From Candidatus Caccoplasma merdavium (GTDB taxonomy: Bacteria; Bacteroidota; Bacteroidia; Bacteroidales; UBA11471): a stretch of 64,000 nt of DNA. Both the position numbers and the translations under genes were made by a program. The stretch spans positions 28,348-92,347 of the forward strand of contig DVLI01000018.1 of assembly GCA_018715595.1 (NCBI GenBank). The letters are read 5' to 3'. The stretch's first letter is position 1. Every line of letters starts with the position of its first letter. The notes under the pieces were generated by a model. It did no database searches. It was given only the letters and a program-made list of their open reading frames with translations, and was not told where the DNA came from. Below, piece after piece: positions 28,446-37,141 of the stretch.

Positions 28446-30053
28446 ATGAAAAAGACCTGTCTGCTTCTATTACTGTGTTTGCTGGCAACAGCCTGCAACC
28501 GCTGTCTGACCCTCGAACAGCCCGAGATAACCCACAATCTCTCCACAAATAATCTGGTCCTCGAACGCATCGTGTGCACCCCCGAGGCAACGCGCCTCGA
28601 CCTAACCGTATGCTGCCTGCCGGGAGGTCGATTCTCCCTATCGCCCGAGACGCATTTGCAAAGCTCGAAAGGGGAACGGAAATATGCCCTCACCCGAACC
28701 GAAGGCGTCGAGACAGGGAAGAAAATCCAATCCGATTCGACAGGACTCACCGCCGTCTCCCTGTTTTTCGAACCATTGGCCGACGACGAAGAACAAATCG
28801 ACTTCATCGAAAGCGAAGAGTGGCAACTCCTCGGCATCAGCCTCTCTCCTCGAAAGAAACCGGCCAAAATCGAATGCCTCATCGAAGGGACGGTCACCGG
28901 CCGCCCCCAAAGCACGGCCATCTTGCTCAATAGCCCCGAAGAGGTGTTCAACCGATACGCATCAAAAGGAAACATCGTCATTCCCGTGCGCAACGGGAAG
29001 TTCTCCTATCGGTTACGAACCGACACCTGCACGGCCTACGGGCTCTGTTTCAACGACGAGTGGATAAACGGCCGCGCATACATCAAAGATTTCTTCGCCG
29101 AGCCGGGGCGTCTCGTGCTCACTATCAAAGGTGATGACACATTTCGTGTCGAAGGGGGCAAACTCAACGATGAGTACCAACGGCTCCGCTCCTATGGCCA
29201 TGAACGCATGCAACCCATTTTTGACAGGCGCGACTCACTCGATAAAGCCCGAAAATTCTACACGCCGGAAGTCTATGCCCTCTTCGACGAGATGGACTCC
29301 TGCTCCGACCGTACCAAACTGAACTTGCTGAGCGAGAAATTCCAAAACCTGCGGGTCGACGGGAAAGCATACAGCCGGGAAGGCGATGCCTGGGACAAAA
29401 CAGCACAAAAGACCATTACCGAAATCGGAGAATGGGAGTTTGCCCAAATCAAGGGACACCCCTCACTGGCCACCTATTACCTGCTACACGAGAAACTGAA
29501 AGCGTGCATCGTCTATGACAAACAGCCGGCACCCGATTCTCTGGTCGATGTTTACCGTACCCTATACCTCCCCTCCTATCCCGAACACCCTTTCACCCGG
29601 GAAATCGGGACATACCTCCAATCACAACAGACATTTGTCGGAGGGAAATACATCGACCTCGTTCTGCCCGATACCACAGGCACGCCGCACCGGCTCTCTG
29701 AACTGCTACGGGGCAGCAAGATTGCCCTCATCGACTTCTGGTCGATTCACTGCGGGCCCTGCCGCCGCACCTCAAAGGCAATGATTCCCGTGTATGAAAA
29801 GTACAAGGACAAGGGGTTCTGCATCGTCGGCATCAGCCGCGACGGCAGACAACAGATGATACGGGGCATACGCCATGACGGTTACCCGTGGATAAACCTC
29901 ATCGACGAATACAACAGAAACCAGATATTCAAAAGCTACGGTATCGACAATTCCGCCGGCTACACGTTCCTGGTCGACAGCTGCGGCACCGTCATCGCCG
30001 CCGGCGCTTCGGCCGAAGAGATGACGGCCATCGTCGAGAGATATTGCCAGTGA
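28446..30053 (+). CDS. TlpA-family thiol-disulfide oxidoreductase lipoprotein with a long N-terminal extension
   Basis: The ATG at 28446 gives MKKTCLLLLLCLLATAC (lipobox). The C-terminal thioredoxin fold carries the active site WSIHCGPCRR. The ~380 aa N-terminal region has no recognised family. Confidence 0.85.
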   Translation: MKKTCLLLLLCLLATACNRCLTLEQPEITHNLSTNNLVLERIVCTPEATRLDLTVCCLPGGRFSLSPETHLQSSKGERKYALTRTEGVETGKKIQSDSTGLTAVSLFFEPLADDEEQIDFIESEEWQLLGISLSPRKKPAKIECLIEGTVTGRPQSTAILLNSPEEVFNRYASKGNIVIPVRNGKFSYRLRTDTCTAYGLCFNDEWINGRAYIKDFFAEPGRLVLTIKGDDTFRVEGGKLNDEYQRLRSYGHERMQPIFDRRDSLDKARKFYTPEVYALFDEMDSCSDRTKLNLLSEKFQNLRVDGKAYSREGDAWDKTAQKTITEIGEWEFAQIKGHPSLATYYLLHEKLKACIVYDKQPAPDSLVDVYRTLYLPSYPEHPFTREIGTYLQSQQTFVGGKYIDLVLPDTTGTPHRLSELLRGSKIALIDFWSIHCGPCRRTSKAMIPVYEKYKDKGFCIVGISRDGRQQMIRGIRHDGYPWINLIDEYNRNQIFKSYGIDNSAGYTFLVDSCGTVIAAGASAEEMTAIVERYCQ

Positions 30054-30203
30054 CGACTTCCCGTCTTTCCCGCCTGGCAGGGAAACAGCGGCGCAAAGGG
30101 GTTCCGGGCAACCCTTCCTTTTGAGCCCTCCTTCGCACGAGAAGGGAGTGGACATGGTCTTTGCGAGATTTCCCGGCACAAATCGGGATTTCCTGAAAAC
30201 GGC

Positions 30204-30233
30204 GAGCCCCGCGCAGTCGACTGCGCGGGGCTC
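30204..30233. terminator. Perfect 13-bp GC-rich hairpin between the convergent TlpA-like and yigZ genes
   Basis: GAGCCCCGCGCAG-TCGA-CTGCGCGGGGCTC. On the minus strand it is followed by GCCGTTTTC, so it most plausibly terminates yigZ. Confidence 0.6.
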
Positions 30234-30249
30234 GTCATCTCATCGGCCC

Positions 30250-30849
30250 TTACTCGGGGAATCGCAACGACTCGACCTTGGAAAGACGCTCACGCAAACG
30301 GGGAAGCATGGTGCGGCGCTGGCGCAGGGTCATGTCGCAATCGAGGTCGAAATACTGGGAGATGATGGTGGCATTCTCTTCCTTGACAATGCGCATCACA
30401 TCATTCATAAAGGGATATTCAAAAAATATGCGCACATCTTCCTCGACGAGACACTCGACGATTTCGTTGGCGCGTATGGCGTCGGCGGCCGCTGCCCGGT
30501 AAGCCTCGATGAGACCGCTGGTCCCGAGCTTGATGCCCCCGAAATAGCGCACCACGACGATGAGCACGTTGGTAAGCCCGAAGGAGTTGATTTGCCCCAA
30601 GATGGGCTTGCCGGCCGTTCCCGACGGCTCCCCGTTGTCGTTGACCCGATATTCGGTGCGGGCCGCGCCCAACATATAGGCCCAACAGACGTGCCGGGCA
30701 TCGTAATACTCTTTTTGGTAACGGGCTATGGCCTCTTTGGCCTCATCGAGCGTCGACACAGGCACGACAAAAGAGATGAACTTGCTCATCTTCTCCTTGT
30801 AGAGCCCCTCGGAAAGGCGGGCTACGGTGAGGTAGGTGTCGTCGGCCAT
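30250..30849 (-). CDS. yigZ: IMPACT-family protein YigZ
   Basis: ATG at 30849 (MADDTYLTV...; the track start is a TTG). Carries HVCWAY...NDNGEPSGTAGKPIL and VVVVRYFGGIKLG, which are UPF0029/IMPACT hallmarks. Confidence 0.88.
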   Translation of the reverse strand: MADDTYLTVARLSEGLYKEKMSKFISFVVPVSTLDEAKEAIARYQKEYYDARHVCWAYMLGAARTEYRVNDNGEPSGTAGKPILGQINSFGLTNVLIVVVRYFGGIKLGTSGLIEAYRAAAADAIRANEIVECLVEEDVRIFFEYPFMNDVMRIVKEENATIISQYFDLDCDMTLRQRRTMLPRLRERLSKVESLRFPE

Positions 30850-30876
30850 CGGCAAAAGAGGGAAAATGTGTTTTTA

Positions 30877-31725
30877 TCAGCAAGCCTTGAAACTCATGTC
30901 GAGCCCCTTGACCGAATGGGTGAGCGCACCCACCGAGACGAAATCGACTCCGCACTCGGCATAGTCGCGAATGGTGTCGAGCGTGATGCCGCCCGACGAC
31001 TCGGTCTCGTAACGGCCGGCAATGCGACGCACGGCCTCGCGGGTAAGCTCGGGGGTGAAATTGTCGAGCATGATGCGGTCGACACCGCCCACACGCAGCA
31101 CTTGCTCCAACTCGTCGAGGTTGCGCACCTCGATTTCGATTTTGAGGTTCTTGCCTTTCTCTTCGAGGTACTTGTGGCAACGGGTGATGGCAGCTTCGAT
31201 GCCACCGGCAAAATCGACATGGTTGTCTTTGAGCAGTATCATGTCGAACAGGCCGATACGGTGATTCACCCCACCTCCGATGCGCACGGCCTCTTTTTCG
31301 AGCATACGCATGCCGGGCGTGGTCTTGCGGGTATCGAGCACGCGGGTGTGCAACCCTTTGAGTCGCTCCATATAGCGGTGGGTAATGGTGGCGATGCCAC
31401 TCATGCGCTGCATGATGTTGAGCATGAGACGCTCGGTCTGCAAGAGCGACTGCACCTTGCCGCTCACGATAAAGGCGACGTCGCCGGGCTTCACGGGCGC
31501 ACCGTCTTTGATAAAGACTTCCATCGTGAGTGTCGGGTCGAATGCGGCAAAAACCCGACGGGCTATGTCGACACCGGCCAAGATGCCTTCTTCTTTGACC
31601 AGGAGTTTGGAACGTCCCATCTCGTCGGCGGGAATGCAACAAAGCGTGGTATGGTCGCCATCGCCGATGTCTTCGGCAAAGGCCAGGGTTATCAGGTCGT
31701 CAATCAGTTGGTCGGGAGTTTTCAT
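30877..31725 (-). CDS. nadC: Nicotinate-nucleotide diphosphorylase (carboxylating)
   Basis: The internal ATG at 31725 (MKTPDQLIDDLITLAFAEDIGDGDHTT) gives 282 aa, a typical NadC. The upstream part of the track ORF runs into the tandem repeat and is non-coding. Confidence 0.92.
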   Translation of the reverse strand: MKTPDQLIDDLITLAFAEDIGDGDHTTLCCIPADEMGRSKLLVKEEGILAGVDIARRVFAAFDPTLTMEVFIKDGAPVKPGDVAFIVSGKVQSLLQTERLMLNIMQRMSGIATITHRYMERLKGLHTRVLDTRKTTPGMRMLEKEAVRIGGGVNHRIGLFDMILLKDNHVDFAGGIEAAITRCHKYLEEKGKNLKIEIEVRNLDELEQVLRVGGVDRIMLDNFTPELTREAVRRIAGRYETESSGGITLDTIRDYAECGVDFVSVGALTHSVKGLDMSFKAC

Positions 31726-31814
31726 AAGTTTCTCTTTATTTTGGCATATTTCCATAATAGCGTCTCGTGCAGTTGTTTCTTGCCAGCGACAGAGGGGTAA
31801 TAACAAATAATGGC

Positions 31815-32078
31815 TACCTTTGTGCAAGATAAGAGGCGGCTCAGCATCATCAAACTCGAAAACTTCGTTTCCCTGTTTGCTTCTGCTCCCGCCTTTCACT
31901 ATCTTTTCAGAAGACAGGACGCGGCTCGGCATTATCAAACTTGAAAACCTCGTTTCCCCGTTTGCTTCTGCTCTCGCATTTCACTATCTTTCCAGAAGAC
32001 AGGAGGCGGCTCGGCATTATCAAACTTGAAAACTTCGTTTTCCCGTTTGCTTCTGCTCTCGCCTTTCACTATCTTTGC
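31815..32078 (+). repeat. 85-bp tandem repeat, about 2.9 copies plus a partial leading copy
   Basis: Unit starts (GCGGCTC...) are at 31836, 31921 and 32006, with roughly 90 percent identity by eye. Each unit contains GAAAAC-YTC-GTTT(T/C)C, a TTTG and a TATCTTTn box. The preceding 31815-31835 resembles the unit tail. Confidence 0.85.
32046..32077 (+). promoter_or_regulatory. Candidate Bacteroidetes promoter for rlmH (-33 TTTG, 20 nt spacer, -7 TATCTTTG) inside the last repeat copy
   Basis: TTTG at 32046-32049 and TATCTTTG at 32070-32077. The two upstream repeat copies carry degenerate boxes TATCTTTT and TATCTTTC. A further TACCTTTG is at 31815-31822. Confidence 0.45.
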
Positions 32079-32150
32079 GGCTTCGCCGGCACCGAACATC
32101 TTCGATGCAGAAGGCCGACAAATGTACGCAAAAAAGCTGTAAACGCAGAT

Positions 32151-32624
32151 ATGAAAATCGATTTTTTAGTCGTCGGCAAAACCGTACAATCGGGTTTCTC
32201 CGAGGGTATCACCGAGTATTGCAACCGCATCAAGCGTTATATCCCGTTTGAGATGGAGGTGATACCCGAGTTGAAAAACGCCAAGAGTCTGAGCATCGAG
32301 CAACAGAAAGAGCGCGAAGGCGAGCTCATTCTCAAAGCCCTACGCGATGGCGACGTGCTGGTGCTGCTCGACGAGCACGGGAAAGAGTTTTCCTCGATGC
32401 AATTTGCCGACTATCTCGACAAGAAGATGCACACGGTGCCGCGGCGCCTGGTGTTTGTGGTCGGCGGACCTTATGGCTTTTCACAACGCGTCTACGAAGT
32501 GGCCCACGAAAAGATTTCACTTTCCAAGATGACCTTTTCGCACCAAATGATACGACTGCTTTTCACAGAACAGCTCTACCGGGCTTTTACGATTCTGAAT
32601 CACGAACCCTATCATCACGAATAA
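32151..32624 (+). CDS. rlmH: 23S rRNA (pseudouridine1915-N3)-methyltransferase
   Basis: The internal ATG at 32151 (MKIDFLVVGKT) gives 157 aa. SPOUT fold with C-terminal FVVGGPYGF...LSKMTFSHQMIRLLFTEQLYRAFTI. Confidence 0.92.
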   Translation: MKIDFLVVGKTVQSGFSEGITEYCNRIKRYIPFEMEVIPELKNAKSLSIEQQKEREGELILKALRDGDVLVLLDEHGKEFSSMQFADYLDKKMHTVPRRLVFVVGGPYGFSQRVYEVAHEKISLSKMTFSHQMIRLLFTEQLYRAFTILNHEPYHHE

Positions 32625-32639
32625 CCAAACACACTACAC

Positions 32640-33329
32640 ATGAAAAAACTGTTTCGTCTCCCGCTTATGGTCCTCACGGGACTACTGCTCTCCCTGCCGG
32701 CAGGAGCCAAAGAATATCTCTATGACTTCGACTACGGTGCCATCATCTATGCCGGCATCAGCAAAAACATCTGTCCCGACCTCAATGTGCAGGTGCAGGC
32801 CGACCTGTGGCTCAACGACAACTTTTGCGGCTATGAACGTTTCATGCCGTCGGTAACCCTCACCTACACCCTCGTGCCCAAATACCTCAAAGCCATGGTC
32901 TACTACGCCTACTTCAACCAAGAGAGCCAATCGGGCAAGAAAGATGTGCACCAACACCGTTACCAGGTAGGACTTACCGGCAGCTACGCCACTCCTCACC
33001 TCAACTTCTCGCTCTCTTCCAAATTTGAGCAGACCCACAAAGCCGGCGTACCCAACAACAAATGGCGCAACCAGATAAAAGTGGTGGGCACGATTGCCAA
33101 AGGAAACCCTTGGAAACCTTTTGCCTCGATGGAGATTTTTGAAGGCATGAACAGCATGAACGACACCAAGACCGTGGGCATCGAACGCATACGCTACGAG
33201 GCCGGCACCACATACGACATCGGCAAACTCATCACGCTCGAAATGAAACTGCGCGCCGAACGTCTCACGGCAAAAAATCCCAAGCAACTCTATTCTTCGA
33301 TAGGCGTAGGCGTGAAGTTCAACCTTTGA
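32640..33329 (+). CDS. Outer-membrane beta-barrel-like protein (DUF2490-like)
   Basis: 229 aa. Signal peptide LLLSLPAGA, alternating aromatic beta-strand pattern, C-terminal GVGVKFNL. Confidence 0.6.
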   Translation: MKKLFRLPLMVLTGLLLSLPAGAKEYLYDFDYGAIIYAGISKNICPDLNVQVQADLWLNDNFCGYERFMPSVTLTYTLVPKYLKAMVYYAYFNQESQSGKKDVHQHRYQVGLTGSYATPHLNFSLSSKFEQTHKAGVPNNKWRNQIKVVGTIAKGNPWKPFASMEIFEGMNSMNDTKTVGIERIRYEAGTTYDIGKLITLEMKLRAERLTAKNPKQLYSSIGVGVKFNL

Positions 33330-33363
33330 AGCTAAAAAAAAGGATAAAGCCCTCTGCTGGGCG

Positions 33364-34500
33364 CTACTCGTCGCCGACAAACAGGAGATCGGCCATCACG
33401 CCATCGGAAACGAAAAGCCCCCGACGGGTCAATTTCAAACGGCCGCTTGATGTTTCGAGCAGGCCGTTTGTCATGTGCGGCCGTGCCATACGCAGGCAAT
33501 ACCGGCGACGTTCCTCGCCGAAATCGGCTGCCACGGCGTCGAGGTCGAGCCCCCACATCGTGCGCAGGGAGGTAATCACACGGTCGTTGTAACGGGTATC
33601 GGCATCGAGGGGCTCGGTTTCATAAAAAGGTTTCCCCCGCCTCATGCTCTCGATATACCGTTTCAGGTCGGGCGGATTGCTGCGCCGGCAAGCGCCGTCG
33701 TAACTGTGGGCCGAAGGGCCGAGCCCGAGATAAGGAATACCCTGCCAATAGGCGGTGTTGTGACGGGCATACTCACCGGGACGGGCAAAATTGGAAATCT
33801 CATACTGCTCATACCCTGCCGCCGCCAACTCATCGAGGGTCGTCTCGAAAAGCTGCAACGAAAGCATCTCGTCGCACTCCTGCACCCGGCCCTCGCATCG
33901 CAACCGGTCGAGAGGGGTCCCCTCTTCATATATCAAGTTATAGGCCGAGAGATGGGGCAGGTCGAGCGCAACGGCCTGTCGCAAATCGTTCTGCCACGTC
34001 CCGACCGACTGTCCCGGCAGGCCATAAATGAGGTCGATGCTGAGTCGCTCGAACCCCGCCCGGCGCAAACAGCCGATGGCGGCAAGGGCTTGTGCCGCGG
34101 TATGGCGGCGACGCAGGAAGCGCAAATTCTCGTCGGAGAAGCTCTGCACGCCCATGCTCACGCGGTCGACGGGAAGCGCGGCCAATGCCGTGGCATAGTC
34201 GGGCGTGATGTCGTCGGGGTTGGCCTCGAAGGTTATCTCGCGGCAACGTCCGAAATCGATGTCGCGCCCCAATGCCTCGAAAAGCCGCCCCCACAACCGC
34301 GGGGCGAGTTGCGAAGGGGTACCGCCCCCGACGTAAAGAGTCTCAACCGGTTCGCCACGCAACTCGCCGCGCCGCAACTGCCACTCGGCGAGCAACGCAT
34401 CGACATAACGGGACTGCACCTCCTCCCCCACGGTGGAGTAGAAATCGCAATAGATGCAACGGGTGCGACAAAAGGGAATATGCAAATAAAGTCCGGCCAT
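33364..34500 (-). CDS. hemW: Radical SAM heme chaperone HemW (HemN-like, oxygen-independent coproporphyrinogen oxidase family)
   Basis: The internal ATG at 34500 (MAGLYLHIPFCRTRCIYCDFYS) carries the CxxxCxxC motif. 378 aa. Confidence 0.9.
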   Translation of the reverse strand: MAGLYLHIPFCRTRCIYCDFYSTVGEEVQSRYVDALLAEWQLRRGELRGEPVETLYVGGGTPSQLAPRLWGRLFEALGRDIDFGRCREITFEANPDDITPDYATALAALPVDRVSMGVQSFSDENLRFLRRRHTAAQALAAIGCLRRAGFERLSIDLIYGLPGQSVGTWQNDLRQAVALDLPHLSAYNLIYEEGTPLDRLRCEGRVQECDEMLSLQLFETTLDELAAAGYEQYEISNFARPGEYARHNTAYWQGIPYLGLGPSAHSYDGACRRSNPPDLKRYIESMRRGKPFYETEPLDADTRYNDRVITSLRTMWGLDLDAVAADFGEERRRYCLRMARPHMTNGLLETSSGRLKLTRRGLFVSDGVMADLLFVGDE

Positions 34501-34695
34501 GATGAAACGGGGATAAAAATAAGGAAAATCACCGACATATCGACCTCCGAGAAGACAGGAGTGACCAAAAAACTGTTTTGTAACACATTTTACAAATTGC
34601 TTATTCGGATTATTTTCTCTATTTTGCGCTTCGTTATCGCGAAAAAAACGCGATACCCGAAAGAACACATTTTTTACCTTTAAATCTGATATTCT

Positions 34696-36852
34696 ATGAA
34701 AGTGTATCAATCCAACGAAATCAAAAACATTGCCCTCTTGGGTAGCAAAGGTTCGGGAAAGACCACGCTCGCAGAAGCCATGCTCTACGAGTGTGGGGTT
34801 ATAAAACGCAGAGGTTCTGTCGAAGCGCAGAACACGGTCACCGACTATTTCCCGGTAGAGAAAGAGTATGGATACTCGGTTTTCTCTACCGTTTTTTATG
34901 CCGAATTCCTGAATAAGAAACTCAACGTTATCGACTGCCCGGGTGCCGACGACTTCATAGGTGGAGCTCTCACGGCCATGAACGTAACCGACACGGGCGT
35001 CATTGTCATCGACTCACAATATGGCGTGGAAGTAGGAACGCAAAACATCTTCCGCTACACCGAAGAGATGGGCAAGCCCGTCATCTTCGCCATGAACCAG
35101 CTCGACGGCGAAAAAGCCGATTACGACGCGGTCATCGAACAACTCAAAGAAGACTTCGGCAGCAAAGTGGTGCCGATTCAATACCCCATCGCTTGTGGCC
35201 CCGACTTCAACGCCATGATCGATGTGCTCCTGATGAAAATGTATAGCTGGGGCCCCGAAGGCGGAGTACCCACCATATCGGATATACCGGCCGACCAAAA
35301 AGAAAAAGCCCTCGAACTGCATAAACAACTGGTCGAAGCCGCCGCAGAAAACGACGAGGCACTGATGGAAAAATTCTTCGACAAAGGCTCGCTCACCGAA
35401 GACGAGATGCGTGAAGGCATTCGCAAGGGACTCATCACCCGCGACATCTTCCCGGTATTCTGCGTCAGCGCCCTGCGCGACATGGGCGTGCGCCGCATGA
35501 TGGAGTTCCTCGGCAACGTGGTGCCCTTTGTGACCGACATGCCCAAACCCGTCTCGCACGACGGCACCGAAGTGGCCCCCGACGCCGACGGCCCCACCAG
35601 CCTCTACTTCTTCAAGACAACGGTCGAGCCCCACATCGGCGAGGTATCCTACTTCAAAGTCATGTCGGGCAAAGTACACGAAGGCGACGACCTGCAAAAC
35701 ATGAACCGCGGCAGCAAAGAGCGCATCGCCCAACTCAACTGCGTATGCGGACAGATACGCACCAAGGTCGATGAGCTCGTGGCCGGCGACATCGGCGCGA
35801 CGGTGAAACTGAAAGATGTGCGCACCGGCAACACGCTGAACGAGAAAGGCTGCGAATACACGTTCGATCTGATGAAGTTCCCCAACTCGAAGATACAACG
35901 CGCCATCAAACCCGTGAACGAGGCCGACGCCGAGAAACTGAACGAAATCCTGGTGCGCATGCACGAAGAAGACCCGACATGGATTGTGGAACAGTCGAAA
36001 GAGCTGCGACAGACCATCGTCTCGGGACAAGGAGAGTTCCACCTGCGCACCCTCAAATGGCGCATCGAGAACAATGAGAAACTCATGGTCGAATTTCAGG
36101 AACCGCGCATTCCCTACCGCGAAACCATCACCAAGGCCGCCCGTGCCGATTACCGCCACAAGAAACAATCGGGTGGTGCCGGACAATTCGGTGAAGTACA
36201 CCTCATCATCGAGCCCTACTACGACGGCATGCCGGCACCCGAAAGTTACAAATTCGGCAACCAGGAATTCAAGATGAACGTGCGCGACACGCAGACCATC
36301 GACCTCGACTGGGGAGGGAAACTGGTATTTGTAAACTGCATCGTGGGTGGTGCCATCGACGCACGCTTCCTGCCCGCCATTCTCAAAGGTCTCATGGACC
36401 GCATGGAGCAAGGCCCCCTCACCGGCTCGTATGCCCGCGACGTGCGCGTGTGTGTATATGACGGAAAGATGCACCCCGTAGACTCGAACGAAATCTCCTT
36501 CCGCCTCGCCGGCCGCAACGCATTCAGCGAAGCTTTCAAGAACGCCGGACCGAAGATTCTCGAACCGGTTTACGACGTTGAAGTACTCGTGCCGTCGGAC
36601 AAGATGGGCGACGTCATGAGCGACCTGCAAGGCCGCCGCGCCATCATCATGGGAATGGAAAGCGTGAAAGGACTTGAGAAAATCATGGCGAAAGTTCCCC
36701 TGAAAGAGATGTCGACCTACTCGACCGCCCTCAGCTCGATTACCGGCGGACGTTCCTCGTTCAGCATGAAGTTTGCCTCTTACGAACTCGTACCCGGCGA
36801 TATTCAAGATAAGCTGCTGAAAGAATACGAGGCTACCCAGACCGACGAATAA
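34696..36852 (+). CDS. Elongation factor G paralog (EF-G2-like) lacking the catalytic histidine
   Basis: 718 aa with all five EF-G domains. The G1 motif GSKGSGKT is present. G3 reads DCPGADDF where canonical EF-G has DTPGHVDF (Ala84 codon at 34945-34947). Confidence 0.88.
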   Translation: MKVYQSNEIKNIALLGSKGSGKTTLAEAMLYECGVIKRRGSVEAQNTVTDYFPVEKEYGYSVFSTVFYAEFLNKKLNVIDCPGADDFIGGALTAMNVTDTGVIVIDSQYGVEVGTQNIFRYTEEMGKPVIFAMNQLDGEKADYDAVIEQLKEDFGSKVVPIQYPIACGPDFNAMIDVLLMKMYSWGPEGGVPTISDIPADQKEKALELHKQLVEAAAENDEALMEKFFDKGSLTEDEMREGIRKGLITRDIFPVFCVSALRDMGVRRMMEFLGNVVPFVTDMPKPVSHDGTEVAPDADGPTSLYFFKTTVEPHIGEVSYFKVMSGKVHEGDDLQNMNRGSKERIAQLNCVCGQIRTKVDELVAGDIGATVKLKDVRTGNTLNEKGCEYTFDLMKFPNSKIQRAIKPVNEADAEKLNEILVRMHEEDPTWIVEQSKELRQTIVSGQGEFHLRTLKWRIENNEKLMVEFQEPRIPYRETITKAARADYRHKKQSGGAGQFGEVHLIIEPYYDGMPAPESYKFGNQEFKMNVRDTQTIDLDWGGKLVFVNCIVGGAIDARFLPAILKGLMDRMEQGPLTGSYARDVRVCVYDGKMHPVDSNEISFRLAGRNAFSEAFKNAGPKILEPVYDVEVLVPSDKMGDVMSDLQGRRAIIMGMESVKGLEKIMAKVPLKEMSTYSTALSSITGGRSSFSMKFASYELVPGDIQDKLLKEYEATQTDE

Positions 36853-36909
36853 CCCCATCGACAAGAAGGTGGCTTGAGACCGCCTTTCCGATATTAGTTA
36901 AATTAATAC

Positions 36910-36939
36910 AAAAAACCGTCTTTTACGAGACGGTTTTTT
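36910..36939 (+). terminator. Intrinsic terminator after the EF-G paralog
   Basis: AAAAAACCGTCT-6 nt loop-AGACGGTTTTTT, symmetric A/T flanks. It lies 58 nt after the stop. Confidence 0.8.
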
Positions 36940-37141
36940 GTTATTAAAGGATTGTTTGTTAATTTAGCACCAAATTGTTAAACAAGGGCGATTCTAAAAA
37001 AGTTATTTGAATTTGTTAAACAAAACGGGGTTCCCGACTGTTTATCAAAAAAATAATGAAAAAAGAGACTTTTCCTCGGAATTATCCCGGCGATAGACGA
37101 AAGGAAAGCGACACAACGCTCCGAAAGGCAAGCATTAACGT

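Noticed and set aside
31815-32078. Possible CRISPR array
   Set aside because: The 85-bp units are directly contiguous with no unique spacers, the repeat is far longer than CRISPR repeats, and there are no cas genes in the window. It is reported as a tandem repeat instead.
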